In this document: piece by piece, positions 39,919 through 49,884 of the stretch
Numbering within the stretch: position 1 is the stretch's first letter
Layout of the letters: each line of letters starts with the position of its first letter
Assembly: GCA_965222115.1 (NCBI GenBank)
Contig: CBDCTJ010000007.1
Span: forward strand, 224,001 to 288,000
Source of the DNA: Planctomycetota bacterium
GTDB lineage: Bacteria; Planctomycetota; PLA2; JAEUHO01
Length of the DNA stretch: 64,000 nt
Reading direction: 5' to 3'
Notes under the pieces: generated by a model
The model's database searches: none
Seen by the model: only the letters and a program-made list of their open reading frames with translations
Told to the model about the DNA's origin: nothing
Program-made: the position numbers and the translations under genes

Positions 39919-40863
39919 CTAACTCACGTTCGTTGGTTGTGCCTGGGCTTGGAGCCACGTGTCGATGTGCGCCCGCAGCGACGACAATTCCACCGCCATG
40001 ACGCCAGCATCGCGAAGTCGTCGCACCATGCCACCCCACCTGCGCCGCTCTCGAATGAGGCAAGGAATGGCGACGAGCCACATCTCCGGCAGATCGAAAG
40101 ACCCCGGCATGCGTACGCGGTGGAGAATGGAAAGCGCGCGCTTGCATTGCTTCTCATCAATGCGTCTCGCGCTTCCGCTCTTGGCCTCGATGCGGAGCAG
40201 CGAGACCTTAGAAGGTGGCAGATCAATGCGGGCCACGACATCAAACTCAATCTGCCGCAGGAGCCGTCGCACGCGCCGACTCTGACTACGTCCATGCACA
40301 CGATGGTGCGTGGAAACGGCTAGATTCTTAATCGTGGCTACCGATACATTTCGCATGCGAGCCATGTCGTGCAGCGCGCGCTCAATGGCCACGGTCAACC
40401 AATCGCCGAGGACAAAGTTCAGCGCCTCACCACGCACGATTTCGTAGTCAACGTGCACCAGCCGCTTGCCTTGGTAGGCGGCCTGGATGGAGCCTCGCTT
40501 GATAGCGCCCGCGTCAACGAGTCGATGGGTGAATTCCAAAAGAACGTCAGCGCGCACGGCGTCCGGCACCTCCCGACGTCGTCGCGTCGTTGCCTGACGT
40601 ATGCGTGTCTGTCCGCGTGCCTCGCACGTTCGAAGCCGCGAAAGGATGGGATCCAGTTCACGGGCGTGCTCGGCCAGATAATCGGCGAGGGCGATGAAGT
40701 CTTGGGAGAAGGAATGCGCATGGTGCGCATTGAGATTGAACGAGCGCATAAACCGACGTAGCTGCGCCGCGCGCAGCGCGTCGTCCAGTTCGTCGTCCCG
40801 CCATACGCGCCTGCCTGAAGGCGGGGACGCTAGCTGCCATGATCGGGCGGGACTCATAGTCAC
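39919..40863 (-). CDS. Card1/Can2-like PD-(D/E)XK nuclease domain protein with no evident CARF domain
   Basis: NFVLGDWL, IEFDVV and IEAKSG resemble the Card1-type restriction-endonuclease-like motifs; overlaps the csx1 stop. Confidence 0.65.
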   Translation of the reverse strand: MTMSPARSWQLASPPSGRRVWRDDELDDALRAAQLRRFMRSFNLNAHHAHSFSQDFIALADYLAEHARELDPILSRLRTCEARGQTRIRQATTRRRREVPDAVRADVLLEFTHRLVDAGAIKRGSIQAAYQGKRLVHVDYEIVRGEALNFVLGDWLTVAIERALHDMARMRNVSVATIKNLAVSTHHRVHGRSQSRRVRRLLRQIEFDVVARIDLPPSKVSLLRIEAKSGSARRIDEKQCKRALSILHRVRMPGSFDLPEMWLVAIPCLIRERRRWGGMVRRLRDAGVMAVELSSLRAHIDTWLQAQAQPTNVS

Positions 40864-42668
40864 GGGTACTCACGAAACTGTACGTGACGGAATACAGACG
40901 TCTTGTGCACCGCGCCCTCTTGATCCTCCTTCGACGATGCGACGCGTTTCGTTGTGGCATACAATGGCAACACGCCACGATTTCGTGCGGCGTCCACTGC
41001 AACGAACACCGCACCCGGTTCGCCCTGAACCAGAATCAAGTCGCCTGTCCTGGCTTCTTCATCCAACCACGATTCGATGAGGGAGCGAAGGCCCTTGAAC
41101 ACGGATTTGCTCGTTCCCTCGGGCGAAACGGAGGACCACGCAGCAGCCAGCGTGGGCGGTGGGAAAACCAAATGTTCGCTTGGTATCTCGAAGCGCTTGT
41201 GTATCTCTTGGCGCTGCACTTCGGTAAGTTCGTGATTGAGCAGCACAATGAGCCGCTTGTTTTCTTCGTTCACCTTGAGGGACGACACGTCCACCTGCAT
41301 AGCAAGCTCGATGGCGGCGCGCAATCCTTCGAAATAGGCCTCCGCATCGGACACGATGGACTCAGACGCGTTTCTTTTTGAGGTCCAGCCATGATCGAGA
41401 CCATTTCGGGTATCGCGAAGGCTCTTGGCAAAGGACCGGAGTGTATCGATCGCGCCTACGTCTTTGAGCGCCTCGTAGTAGGGGCGCAGTTCTTTGTGCA
41501 TATTGGCGTCGTGTTGGTTGCTTACTCGAAATTCTGCCTCTTCTTTCTCAACCATCTTCATGAACAGGTCTGCTTTACGGCGCCCATCCAGTCCCTTGCG
41601 CGTGGTGTATTGAATCCTCCCCGCGTTCGCGCCACGCATGCCGAGCGACCCAATCGTCTCCACCATCGCTGTGCATGCCTGCATGGTGAGCTTGTGGTCG
41701 AGAAGGAGGCGGGCATAGGCCAACTGCGTCTCGAAATAGGCCTCGTCGAAGAAGCCAGAGATGGGCTCCGTGGAAGCCAAATCGCCAAATTTGTCAAGCA
41801 CCAACTGAAGCAGCGTCTTGGCAACGATGTTGCCTTCGGCTGTTGCTGCCTCAAGTCGCTTTGAAATGAGTGAGATCCCCGCACGCGCCTTCTCGGCGAT
41901 GTTGTGCATCTCCACATTTCGAATCGCATCCGTAATGCTCTGCAGCGCTTCCGCGATGGCCTTGTCCCGAAATCCAGCAACATTCAGCGCCGTGTCGCGG
42001 TCGGCTAGGGAAGCAAGCTTGCTCGCATCGGCGTCGTCCACAAGGCAAGCGACGGCATCCGTCCAATCGGCAATCTCGTAGAAACGTCTGTAGTCCATCA
42101 TGGGCGTGGGCGTGGTGGCGTCGCCATCAAACAGCCCGTAGAGCACGTGCCTCAAACGCACACCGCGCGTGAGGCGCAAAAACTGCAAGGCGCTTGACAC
42201 GACGACCGGCAGCGCGCGAAACCCATGGGTCATGTCCATGACCAGTTCACAGTCGCGCGGAACTTCGTTGAGCAACATCTGAAACGTCTGCCACTGCGCT
42301 TCATTTGATTGATCTTCGGAGAGCGAGACGAAGCTCAGCTCAATGGAAGACCCCTCATCCGTTGCACGCGCCACGCACGCTGCCAGCCCGTCTTTGAGCC
42401 TTGCCTCGCCAGTTGGTGTTTTGTCCCAATGTTTGGCCTTCGCAGAAGGCGTGCCGAATACGCTCACTCGCTTCAGACGCGGCCCCACATCCGCATCTTC
42501 GAGAAGCAGCTTGACTTGCGCGATCTGAACATACTGCGCCCGGCATTCTCCCTTGCCCTCCCAGGAGTACGTCGTTTCTTGGTAGTTGCCAATACCAAGA
42601 AAGCTGACGTAGTGGACCGGGAGTTCGCCGTCACTGGTATTGTCCTTCGGGGCGGGGCCACTAGGCAT
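40860..42668 (-). CDS. csx1: Csx1 (TM1812-type CARF + HEPN) fused to a Csx20-like ring-nuclease domain
   Basis: SFLGIGNY, MDMTHGFRALP, HEPN RNGLDH; C-terminal LLNHELTEVQ...GDLILVQGE...YATTKR...FRHVQFREY, typical of Csx20. Confidence 0.88.
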   Translation of the reverse strand: MPSGPAPKDNTSDGELPVHYVSFLGIGNYQETTYSWEGKGECRAQYVQIAQVKLLLEDADVGPRLKRVSVFGTPSAKAKHWDKTPTGEARLKDGLAACVARATDEGSSIELSFVSLSEDQSNEAQWQTFQMLLNEVPRDCELVMDMTHGFRALPVVVSSALQFLRLTRGVRLRHVLYGLFDGDATTPTPMMDYRRFYEIADWTDAVACLVDDADASKLASLADRDTALNVAGFRDKAIAEALQSITDAIRNVEMHNIAEKARAGISLISKRLEAATAEGNIVAKTLLQLVLDKFGDLASTEPISGFFDEAYFETQLAYARLLLDHKLTMQACTAMVETIGSLGMRGANAGRIQYTTRKGLDGRRKADLFMKMVEKEEAEFRVSNQHDANMHKELRPYYEALKDVGAIDTLRSFAKSLRDTRNGLDHGWTSKRNASESIVSDAEAYFEGLRAAIELAMQVDVSSLKVNEENKRLIVLLNHELTEVQRQEIHKRFEIPSEHLVFPPPTLAAAWSSVSPEGTSKSVFKGLRSLIESWLDEEARTGDLILVQGEPGAVFVAVDAARNRGVLPLYATTKRVASSKEDQEGAVHKTSVFRHVQFREYP

Positions 42669-43920
42669 TGGGGTCGATCTCGTCGGCAAACGCGCTTGCG
42701 TCGTTCCAAGCCTTCTTCCACTTCTTCTTTTTGTCACGAATTCGTTTTGCACACTTGGCGCGGACTTCGTCGGGTGCGTTTCGAATGTCCGTACCCATGA
42801 CGTCAATGATGTGCTTGAGTCGATCTCTCCAGGTGACATTGCCTTGGGGGCCCGTAGCGCGAATATCGCTGTCTCGGTGTTCCTGCAATATAGCGATCAC
42901 GTCATCAAGCAAATCAGACTTCACAACCGCCTTGGGCACGTAGATCGTCTCGCCCTCGAGTACGACCATACGTCCGTAGCCCGCCGACGTCTTCCCACCA
43001 ATCCCCATCGATTCCAGCGCTTCGCTGAGTTCATTGAGCGCAAAGCGTTTACCCGCGGCATCGGTGCCGGATACCGCCAACAAAAACTTCGTGCCCGGCC
43101 TGATCGTGAGAAAGTTCACGGGATTGGGCGAGTCATAGTCGTTGGGCATCGAGCGCTCCCCGCTCGACTGTCCCTGGCCGTAGTAGGACTTTTGATGCAC
43201 GGTGAGAACGTCTCGGACATATGGCGTCTTGGGCTCAGACTTTGTTGGTGGCACCATCCATGCATCCATGAAGTAGAGCTCGCCCCGGCGCTCGCCCGCC
43301 CGCGGCGCTTCACCATCGGGCACCGGAAACAGCTTGTTCATGTCCGCATCAGACTGTGCTGCGGGCGAACCGAAGAGCCACCGAATGGCATCTCCGGGGC
43401 CGTGCTTGATAGCGTTTCCATCTTTGGCAACGGGTTGAAATGTAGAACGATCCGACTCACTGTGCTTCTCATCGAGAGGATGGAGGAGTGGCTCGCCGGT
43501 CAGACGCGGCCCGTACTTCTTTACGAGGGCATGTTGCAGTAGGCCCTTTAGCGAGGAGCCGGAGAGTATGGGTGTGCCCCACGTGTGGTGAACCGTGAGC
43601 CCCACTTCCGATGCCGATGGATTGCCATGACCAATGAGCAGGCGTGACACCGCCTCTACTGTGTAAGTAAACGTGGCGCCGTGCGCGTGCAGTGACTTCT
43701 TCCACCGCTCAAAGGCTTGACTGTAGGCGTCGCCAACCTTGATGCCCTCAAGCGCTCGATACCACTGCGACTGCTCGGTGATACTTACCTTGCCAAAGTC
43801 GTCGCTGGCGGGGTCGGTAGTAATCGGCGCCAACCGGTCGTAGACCAATCCGGCGTGCGCATCGTTAGGGTAGTTCGGCGCATGAACGCCCTCTAATTCT
43901 CGTATCGCCTTACGCATCAC
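42661..43920 (-). CDS. cmr6: Type III-B RAMP Cmr6
   Basis: RLLIGHGNPS, EVGLTVHHTWGTP, GSSLKG, DVLTVHQ, DSPNPV, GIGGKTSAGYG. Confidence 0.95.
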   Translation of the reverse strand: MMRKAIRELEGVHAPNYPNDAHAGLVYDRLAPITTDPASDDFGKVSITEQSQWYRALEGIKVGDAYSQAFERWKKSLHAHGATFTYTVEAVSRLLIGHGNPSASEVGLTVHHTWGTPILSGSSLKGLLQHALVKKYGPRLTGEPLLHPLDEKHSESDRSTFQPVAKDGNAIKHGPGDAIRWLFGSPAAQSDADMNKLFPVPDGEAPRAGERRGELYFMDAWMVPPTKSEPKTPYVRDVLTVHQKSYYGQGQSSGERSMPNDYDSPNPVNFLTIRPGTKFLLAVSGTDAAGKRFALNELSEALESMGIGGKTSAGYGRMVVLEGETIYVPKAVVKSDLLDDVIAILQEHRDSDIRATGPQGNVTWRDRLKHIIDVMGTDIRNAPDEVRAKCAKRIRDKKKKWKKAWNDASAFADEIDPNA

Positions 43921-44311
43921 TTGGTTCCGCCTGTGAATCGTCTTCCGCCATTGAGTCCCGGGCCTGCATTGCCCGCTTAAACCATTGCGCCAAGTAGAGG
44001 CACTCGCGCGTGGTCACCATGTAGGTATCGAGGTCCATGTTCTTGACGCGCGTAAACATGTCCGAAAGCGAATCCCCCACATTGAGTGTGCTCGGAAATG
44101 ACTTGGCCAAATCGGTACCGAAGCGCTCCCGCACCTTCTCAGGCTTATAGCGCTGCACAAACGCAAGCGCGCCTACGAGTCCACTGCGAACCACATTCGG
44201 CCCCAAGCTATTGACCAGTACCTTGTAGCCATCCCAGTAGTCACGCTTCTTCGGAACTGCGCCAACGGCCTTGTATGCAAGTTCGGCACGTTTCTGATCT
44301 CTCGTCATCAT
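43910..44311 (-). CDS. cmr5: Type III-B small subunit Cmr5
   Basis: TRDQKRAELAY, SGLVGALAF, TRECL...WFKR; position between cmr4 and cmr6. Confidence 0.92.
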   Translation of the reverse strand: MMTRDQKRAELAYKAVGAVPKKRDYWDGYKVLVNSLGPNVVRSGLVGALAFVQRYKPEKVRERFGTDLAKSFPSTLNVGDSLSDMFTRVKNMDLDTYMVTTRECLYLAQWFKRAMQARDSMAEDDSQAEPSDA

Positions 44312-45204
44312 GATGCACCCCCTCCCTTCTGCGCGCGAAGCACGCGGCAAACGCCTCGTCCCACCGTGGCCTTGCCTCCAAGCTGAAGAACGAGCTTGTC
44401 GGTGGGCATGCCGGCGTCGAGTACGCTCTCTTCGTCGAGACTTGAGCCGTTTCTGCGCGAACGCTCCGCAGCCGCTTGACCCACGAGCAGCGTTTCGGGT
44501 GGGAGGCTCTCCTCATACCAGAGCGCCCCATCTTTCACGGTGCCTGTCTTGTGGTCAATACTGTTGCGCGCATCAACCTGCGTCGCGGTTTCCCACAGGT
44601 AGGCCATGGTGTCGTCATCCACAACGACAAAGCGACGCGTAAACGAGCGTTGTTCGCCACTGTCGGCCCCGTCGGGGAAGACCCGCACCGCGATGTACTC
44701 GGCCCACGCGGATACTTCGGCACTCGTCGAACTTCGCAAGTCAAGATCCTCAAGCACTACGTGTGACTTGAGTGCCACGTCCGACGCGCCAGCCGTAAGT
44801 GCCTTGCGATTCTCAACCGACACGCTGCCAGGGGGCGGCGTGGCGTCTTCGCGAAAGTCACGCGCGGCGAGCGACAGCAGCAGGGGGGAAGTTACCCACG
44901 CAAATACACCCCTGAGCGCACGAACGGGAAGCGCCAAGAGACGCGCATCGCCAACCACGATGGCGCCCGCGTGCTCACTTGCACCCTTTGAGTCGGGCCC
45001 AAACACGGCTTTCCAGGTTTCGTCGTCGCAGGCCGCGTCGTTCCGCGCGCGGTCGCGCAACACCCCCTTGATGCTCGAACCGGGCACCATCGGAATGCCC
45101 GTGGCCTTCATGCGCGCAATCGGCAAATCAACAATGCCGACTCCCTGCCCCGTTCCCGCATGCAGCGGGGACAGCGCGTGCACGATGTACGATGTTCTGA
45201 TCAT
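44308..45204 (-). CDS. cmr4: Type III-B RAMP Cmr4
   Basis: HALSPLHAGTG, IVDLPIAR (catalytic Asp), PGSSIKG, GALWYEESLPPET, QLGGKATVGRG. Confidence 0.96.
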   Translation of the reverse strand: MIRTSYIVHALSPLHAGTGQGVGIVDLPIARMKATGIPMVPGSSIKGVLRDRARNDAACDDETWKAVFGPDSKGASEHAGAIVVGDARLLALPVRALRGVFAWVTSPLLLSLAARDFREDATPPPGSVSVENRKALTAGASDVALKSHVVLEDLDLRSSTSAEVSAWAEYIAVRVFPDGADSGEQRSFTRRFVVVDDDTMAYLWETATQVDARNSIDHKTGTVKDGALWYEESLPPETLLVGQAAAERSRRNGSSLDEESVLDAGMPTDKLVLQLGGKATVGRGVCRVLRAQKGGGAS

Positions 45205-45301
45205 GACTACTCCTTCGTGGCGCCGCATTGGCCGAGGTATTGCCCACGCCTACGGACGCACTCGCACATTGCGTTCTCTCGTGTGAATGATTGGATTCGC
45301 T

Positions 45302-46564
45302 TCAAGTTGCAGACGCTTCAGGGCCCGCGATGAGCAGACCGAACCCGTCGTCGGTCTGTTGCCCCCACTGCGCAAGCCAAAGCGCTTGGATTTGCTCGGG
45401 CGAAAACGAAAGCCCGTCTTCGCGCTCAATGCCAAAGACACTGCCAGGCGGCAGGGCCCATAAGACGGTGCGGAACCCGCGGTTGCCTGAGGAGCTGTTC
45501 TGCAGTGACCATCCCGCCACCGGCATGGCGCGGTTCATCATTGCGCCGGTAATTCGGATGCGGCCTATGCCCGCCGGTCCATCGCCCACAAGCCCATCGC
45601 CGTCGGCGGCGAATCCATCGGGGCACCATCCGTCTTCAAAAATGGTGGGTGTCACGGTGTACAGACGCAGCGCACGCGGCTGCAACTTCGCAGCATGTGT
45701 GAGAAGCGCTTCGGGGCACGAGCCAAAAGCCTCGCTCGCCAACGAAACGTTCGCGAGACGGCGATCCCCGGCAAGCGTTGCACCGGTGACGCACGCAACG
45801 AGCGATTGATGTACGTCGTCGGTAGCCACGCCAAGGGCCATGGCCCAGCGATGCACAGGGGCGCGCTCGGGATCCTTGCCGTCAGTTTCCGCGCGGACAA
45901 GCGTCTCTCGAAACTCACCACTCCACAACATGGACTCTTCGGCGGTAAACGTGGTCGGGTCAATTGCCACATGGGTGTCGATACGTGAATGGGGCTCATG
46001 GCCCACGACAAACTGTTTAGGCGGTGGCGCCCTGTCGTCTTGCCCCATAAGCCAAGCGAGCATCTCTTCTTGCGTCCACCACGCAGGACCCCGAGCCGGT
46101 TTCCCGTCGTGCTCCATGAACCCAAGCCGAAGTGCGCTTGCACGCGCGTCGTCTCGACCGTCGATCACCGCCACGGAGGGATCGGGGCGCCACCAACGCA
46201 ATCGCACGGGCGCCTTTTCGGATTGCACATGCACCGCGTCAAAGGGCGCCGGCCACATGATGTGCTCGTCCGTCCACCGATCACACGTTGCAGGTCCACG
46301 CAAAGCAAGGGAGGCGCGAATCTTGAGTTCATCCTTGAGGGCTAGCCACTCGTCGGCTGTATTCACCTTTGAGCGATCGCGCTCCCGCACTCGTCCGGTT
46401 GCGGTACAGAGCGCACCTCGTGCGGTACGCGGCATGGGCCACGGCAAGCTGAAGGCACGGTTGGTTGAACCGGCGTACCACCCCCGCCCGTCTTTGGCGA
46501 AGAAGCCCGTACGGGGCGCAAGCACGGCCCAATGAGATATCGATGGATGCGTTTGAGTATTCAT
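45302..46564 (-). CDS. cmr3: Type III-B RAMP Cmr3
   Basis: FAKDGR, PWPMPRT, LAGDRR, TPTIFEDGW, VAGW, PPGSVF, DGFG. Confidence 0.92.
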   Translation of the reverse strand: MNTQTHPSISHWAVLAPRTGFFAKDGRGWYAGSTNRAFSLPWPMPRTARGALCTATGRVRERDRSKVNTADEWLALKDELKIRASLALRGPATCDRWTDEHIMWPAPFDAVHVQSEKAPVRLRWWRPDPSVAVIDGRDDARASALRLGFMEHDGKPARGPAWWTQEEMLAWLMGQDDRAPPPKQFVVGHEPHSRIDTHVAIDPTTFTAEESMLWSGEFRETLVRAETDGKDPERAPVHRWAMALGVATDDVHQSLVACVTGATLAGDRRLANVSLASEAFGSCPEALLTHAAKLQPRALRLYTVTPTIFEDGWCPDGFAADGDGLVGDGPAGIGRIRITGAMMNRAMPVAGWSLQNSSSGNRGFRTVLWALPPGSVFGIEREDGLSFSPEQIQALWLAQWGQQTDDGFGLLIAGPEASAT

Positions 46565-48468
46565 GCGGACACCCCTTTCGCAGACGATGTATACGTCGCG
46601 CGCTGAATCTCAAGTGCGATGACGTGTAGCTGAATCCACGACTGAACCTTTGCCAGTGCCTCTTTGTAGGAGGTCATCTGATCAAGTCCCAATAGGCCGT
46701 AATCGACGAGCGAGCGGCGCGCTCCGCTCCCGTCCCGGCGATTCAAAGTCCGCAGGACGTCTCGCGCGAGAATGCCAACCCACGTCTTGGATGCGCCCGG
46801 GTCGGTCACATGACTTGCACGCGGCATGCGAGCCAGGGAATCGAGTACTTGATGAAGTTTGGTGAGCGGAACCTCGGCGCTTGTCGTTGCGTCGCGACGA
46901 ATGCGTGTTTTGGCGCTCTCGAGTTCGGTCACGGGATCGCTAGGCCACTGCTGGCGCCACTCATGAGACGCGCCCCCGCGCTTGTCGAAGCGAATGGCCA
47001 ATGCGTTTCGCTGGTCCCGCTTCGATGCCTGCGCGTTCTTGGCAAGTCGCTCGGCATTTCGCCCCAAGTCCAGAAGTTCCCCCATACCCGTCAGCACGTG
47101 ACCGATGCCAATGCCCACCGAGAGCGTGGGTGCGTCGTTTCCGTCCGGGACGCAAGGCGCCATTTCTCGTTCAAACAGATCGTGAAGCGCTTTGGCACAC
47201 GACACCACCGTCTCCAGAGGTGCAAACGCGAGCACATCGTCACCTCCGGCATAGATGAGTGAACCGTCGTGTCTCTGAACTTCGTCTTCAACCTTCCCCG
47301 CGAAGTTAGACAGGCACCTTGAAACATTGCGCAGACCGTTTGCGCCATCCAACGTGGAAACGCTTTGAATAAGCTTGCCCATATTGTCCCCATCCGCAAC
47401 GAGGACGGCGACGTGATGGGGTGGTTCGACGGGACGCTCTACCTCGATGGCGCGCGCGACCGCACTTTGTGCGGGGTCGATATAGGAATCCTTGAAGTCC
47501 TCTTGAATCCGGGTGGCAAGCTCACCGGAGACATCGCCAATCTCTTTGCAGAGCGAAGCAAGACGACTCTCGATGAGTGCTTGAGCATCTACCGCGAGGA
47601 TCTTCCCGTGCGGGGAATTCGGTTTCAGCGAGCCGAACTTCTTGGCTTGGGGATCGCGACTTAGCTCGTCGAGGGCGTTGGCGCCTTTTGCGTCTCGCCG
47701 CGCTGCTCGAAGCCAAGTGGCCAACGCAACATTGGCCACCGGAGTGAACTGCTCAGGATCACCTCCGCAGCGCTTGACGATGCCAATGGCATCCAGGTGC
47801 TCCGTATTCGGTATGCGATACCTCTCCGCGGCCTTGGCGAAGGTAGTTTGTTTGCGATCGCCGGCAAGGACGCTGTAACGACCGCCGTCGAGACTGCTTG
47901 TGGGAACGCCCGCGCGAACGGAACTACGGGGATCTTGCGCAAAGTCCTTTAGCGTTTTCCGGGCGGCGATCGCTGTATCGAGTTGCATCCGCGCTTGATC
48001 GAAGTCATCGGCGGCAGGCGTCCAGGCGGCATAGATTTCAAGCAGCGAATCGACCTGGTGTCGCCACGCATCGTCTGCCGATCCGTCGATCAAAGGGCCC
48101 GCGTGTATGTCACCTTTGACGTCGGTGGCAATTTGCTTCCAACGCTCACGGGCCGCTTTGACGCACGCACGACCGGCCTGCTCCGGATCGATGTCGCTCG
48201 GCAACTGGGCAAGGATCTTGTTGGATACCGAATCATCGGAATCCTCGTCCAGCGCTGTATCGCCCTTGTCAAAGGGCGGGAAAATCAACGTGGCGTCAAA
48301 CCGATTGGCCAACTCCGCGGCCGCCGCCTTGGAGATTTCACTCAACACGTGACTGCCAAACCACAGGTCTCGAGAGCGGCGCGCCTGGGCAATAAAGTCC
48401 TGCACGGGACCCAGGGCGACGGCCAAGAGATGACCTGAAGAAACTTGCGTGGTGTGTTCGCTCGCCAT
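46561..48468 (-). CDS. cas10: Cas10/Cmr2 without HD domain, cyclase motif intact
   Basis: Starts directly at LGPVQDFIAQARRSRDLWFGS; ADGDNMG and YAGGDD palm motifs; 635 aa. Confidence 0.96.
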   Translation of the reverse strand: MASEHTTQVSSGHLLAVALGPVQDFIAQARRSRDLWFGSHVLSEISKAAAAELANRFDATLIFPPFDKGDTALDEDSDDSVSNKILAQLPSDIDPEQAGRACVKAARERWKQIATDVKGDIHAGPLIDGSADDAWRHQVDSLLEIYAAWTPAADDFDQARMQLDTAIAARKTLKDFAQDPRSSVRAGVPTSSLDGGRYSVLAGDRKQTTFAKAAERYRIPNTEHLDAIGIVKRCGGDPEQFTPVANVALATWLRAARRDAKGANALDELSRDPQAKKFGSLKPNSPHGKILAVDAQALIESRLASLCKEIGDVSGELATRIQEDFKDSYIDPAQSAVARAIEVERPVEPPHHVAVLVADGDNMGKLIQSVSTLDGANGLRNVSRCLSNFAGKVEDEVQRHDGSLIYAGGDDVLAFAPLETVVSCAKALHDLFEREMAPCVPDGNDAPTLSVGIGIGHVLTGMGELLDLGRNAERLAKNAQASKRDQRNALAIRFDKRGGASHEWRQQWPSDPVTELESAKTRIRRDATTSAEVPLTKLHQVLDSLARMPRASHVTDPGASKTWVGILARDVLRTLNRRDGSGARRSLVDYGLLGLDQMTSYKEALAKVQSWIQLHVIALEIQRATYTSSAKGVSA

Positions 48469-48471
48469 GAG

Positions 48472-49884
48472 CTAGTCCTCCACTTTCAAATTGTGATTGT
48501 GTTTCCTGAGCCACGTAAAGAAGGCCTTTCGCAGTCGAAAGCCCGCGGGCTCCTTCCGCGCCGCTTCCAGCGGTTCGAATTGCGCTGTGTCCTTCGCTCC
48601 AAGCAGCTTGTCGAACGGGGCGGCCGTCTTTCCGCGAATGGGTCGCTTGCCGTGGCAGGGCACGACTTCCCCGCCTTTCGGATAGCCGCGGTGAAGCCAC
48701 AGTGCAAACGGAGCAAACTTCCCATTGAGTATTTGAAGAGGACCTACAATTAGTGGACTTGCCAAACGGTCGTGGGGATCTCTTTCATCGGCTCGACGCC
48801 ACTGCAACTGGAAGTTCCTGGGCTCGTCGTATCGTCCGCCGTTACGCCCCTTCTTTTGCCACTGGGTTTGAATGGGCAACCCAAATCCCGCGCGGGGCCA
48901 CGCCGGATCCGGATTGTGATAGGGCTTATGATCACGCGTCTTTCCCTCAATGTGCCGCATCTTGTCAGGCTCGGGCCAGTTACTGATGCTGGGACGATTT
49001 GCTTCGCCCCTTCGGCGAGCGAACTGCTTGTCGTGCTTATTAAGATCCCCAACAGGGGGCTGTGCCTGTCGGAAGTCGGATAACCAACGCAGGGCATTCC
49101 ATGCCGCAGCTTCGCCTTTAGGGGAGGCGGTTCCGAGGGCCAACCCAGCACCCTTTAACCGAAACATATCGGTAAGCGGCTCCGACGCGGTGCGGCCAAG
49201 AGAAAGGTTGTCAAACAATATTCGCACAGCCTCAATCTTTGCTTCGCTGGGGAGCCATTTGCTTAGCTCCTCGTTTTCAACGTCGATCAACCGCAATGCA
49301 CCAAGCCCTCGACGCGTTCGTCCGCCGTATCCACCAAACAGGATCCAGGCGCGCAAGGCGTCGCGCACCTGCGCCTCGACGTCGTCGGTCTTGGGTCCAC
49401 GGACAGTAAGCTTGAACTTGAGGCCGGGGGTCCAACGCTCGGCCGCGGGCGTTCCATCGCTTTGGGATCTCGCCGTCCACAGGGCGTAAAACCCGTCGTC
49501 TCTGAAGCCAACTTCTTCGCGTCTGATCTTGCTCTTCTCGACGCTGCCAACCTGAACGCGAACCGCTGAACGTACTACCCCCTTTTCTTCTCCGTCGGTC
49601 CCCCCCCAGATCTGGGATTCCATCTTGTAGAGTTTCTCCGCATCGACATCTTCGCCATTCATCGGCAGCTCGGGCAGCGTAGCGCGCCACCAAGCACGCA
49701 GATGGCCGCGAATGGTTGCGCCACGAATGGGCTCATCCTCATCGACCCTTCGTGTTTCCGTGCCGCCCCCCAGAATGGGCGTCACGGTTTCTAGATGCAA
49801 CGTGATCGAAAACTCACCCGTGTCGTCTCGGGGATTCGGAATCGACAGTTCGGAGAACGACGTTGGAAATTGAGACATAGTCAT
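48472..49884 (-). CDS. cmr1: Type III-B RAMP Cmr1
   Basis: VTPILGGG, IRGHLRAWWR, FGGYGGRTRRGLG, PRAGFGLPI, RLASPL. Confidence 0.94.
   Translation of the reverse strand: MTMSQFPTSFSELSIPNPRDDTGEFSITLHLETVTPILGGGTETRRVDEDEPIRGATIRGHLRAWWRATLPELPMNGEDVDAEKLYKMESQIWGGTDGEEKGVVRSAVRVQVGSVEKSKIRREEVGFRDDGFYALWTARSQSDGTPAAERWTPGLKFKLTVRGPKTDDVEAQVRDALRAWILFGGYGGRTRRGLGALRLIDVENEELSKWLPSEAKIEAVRILFDNLSLGRTASEPLTDMFRLKGAGLALGTASPKGEAAAWNALRWLSDFRQAQPPVGDLNKHDKQFARRRGEANRPSISNWPEPDKMRHIEGKTRDHKPYHNPDPAWPRAGFGLPIQTQWQKKGRNGGRYDEPRNFQLQWRRADERDPHDRLASPLIVGPLQILNGKFAPFALWLHRGYPKGGEVVPCHGKRPIRGKTAAPFDKLLGAKDTAQFEPLEAARKEPAGFRLRKAFFTWLRKHNHNLKVED

Noticed and set aside
39902-40147. N-terminal 82 aa of the 996-aa ORF
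   Set aside because: Overlaps the upstream nuclease gene; a GAGGAG RBS supports the GTG at 39901.
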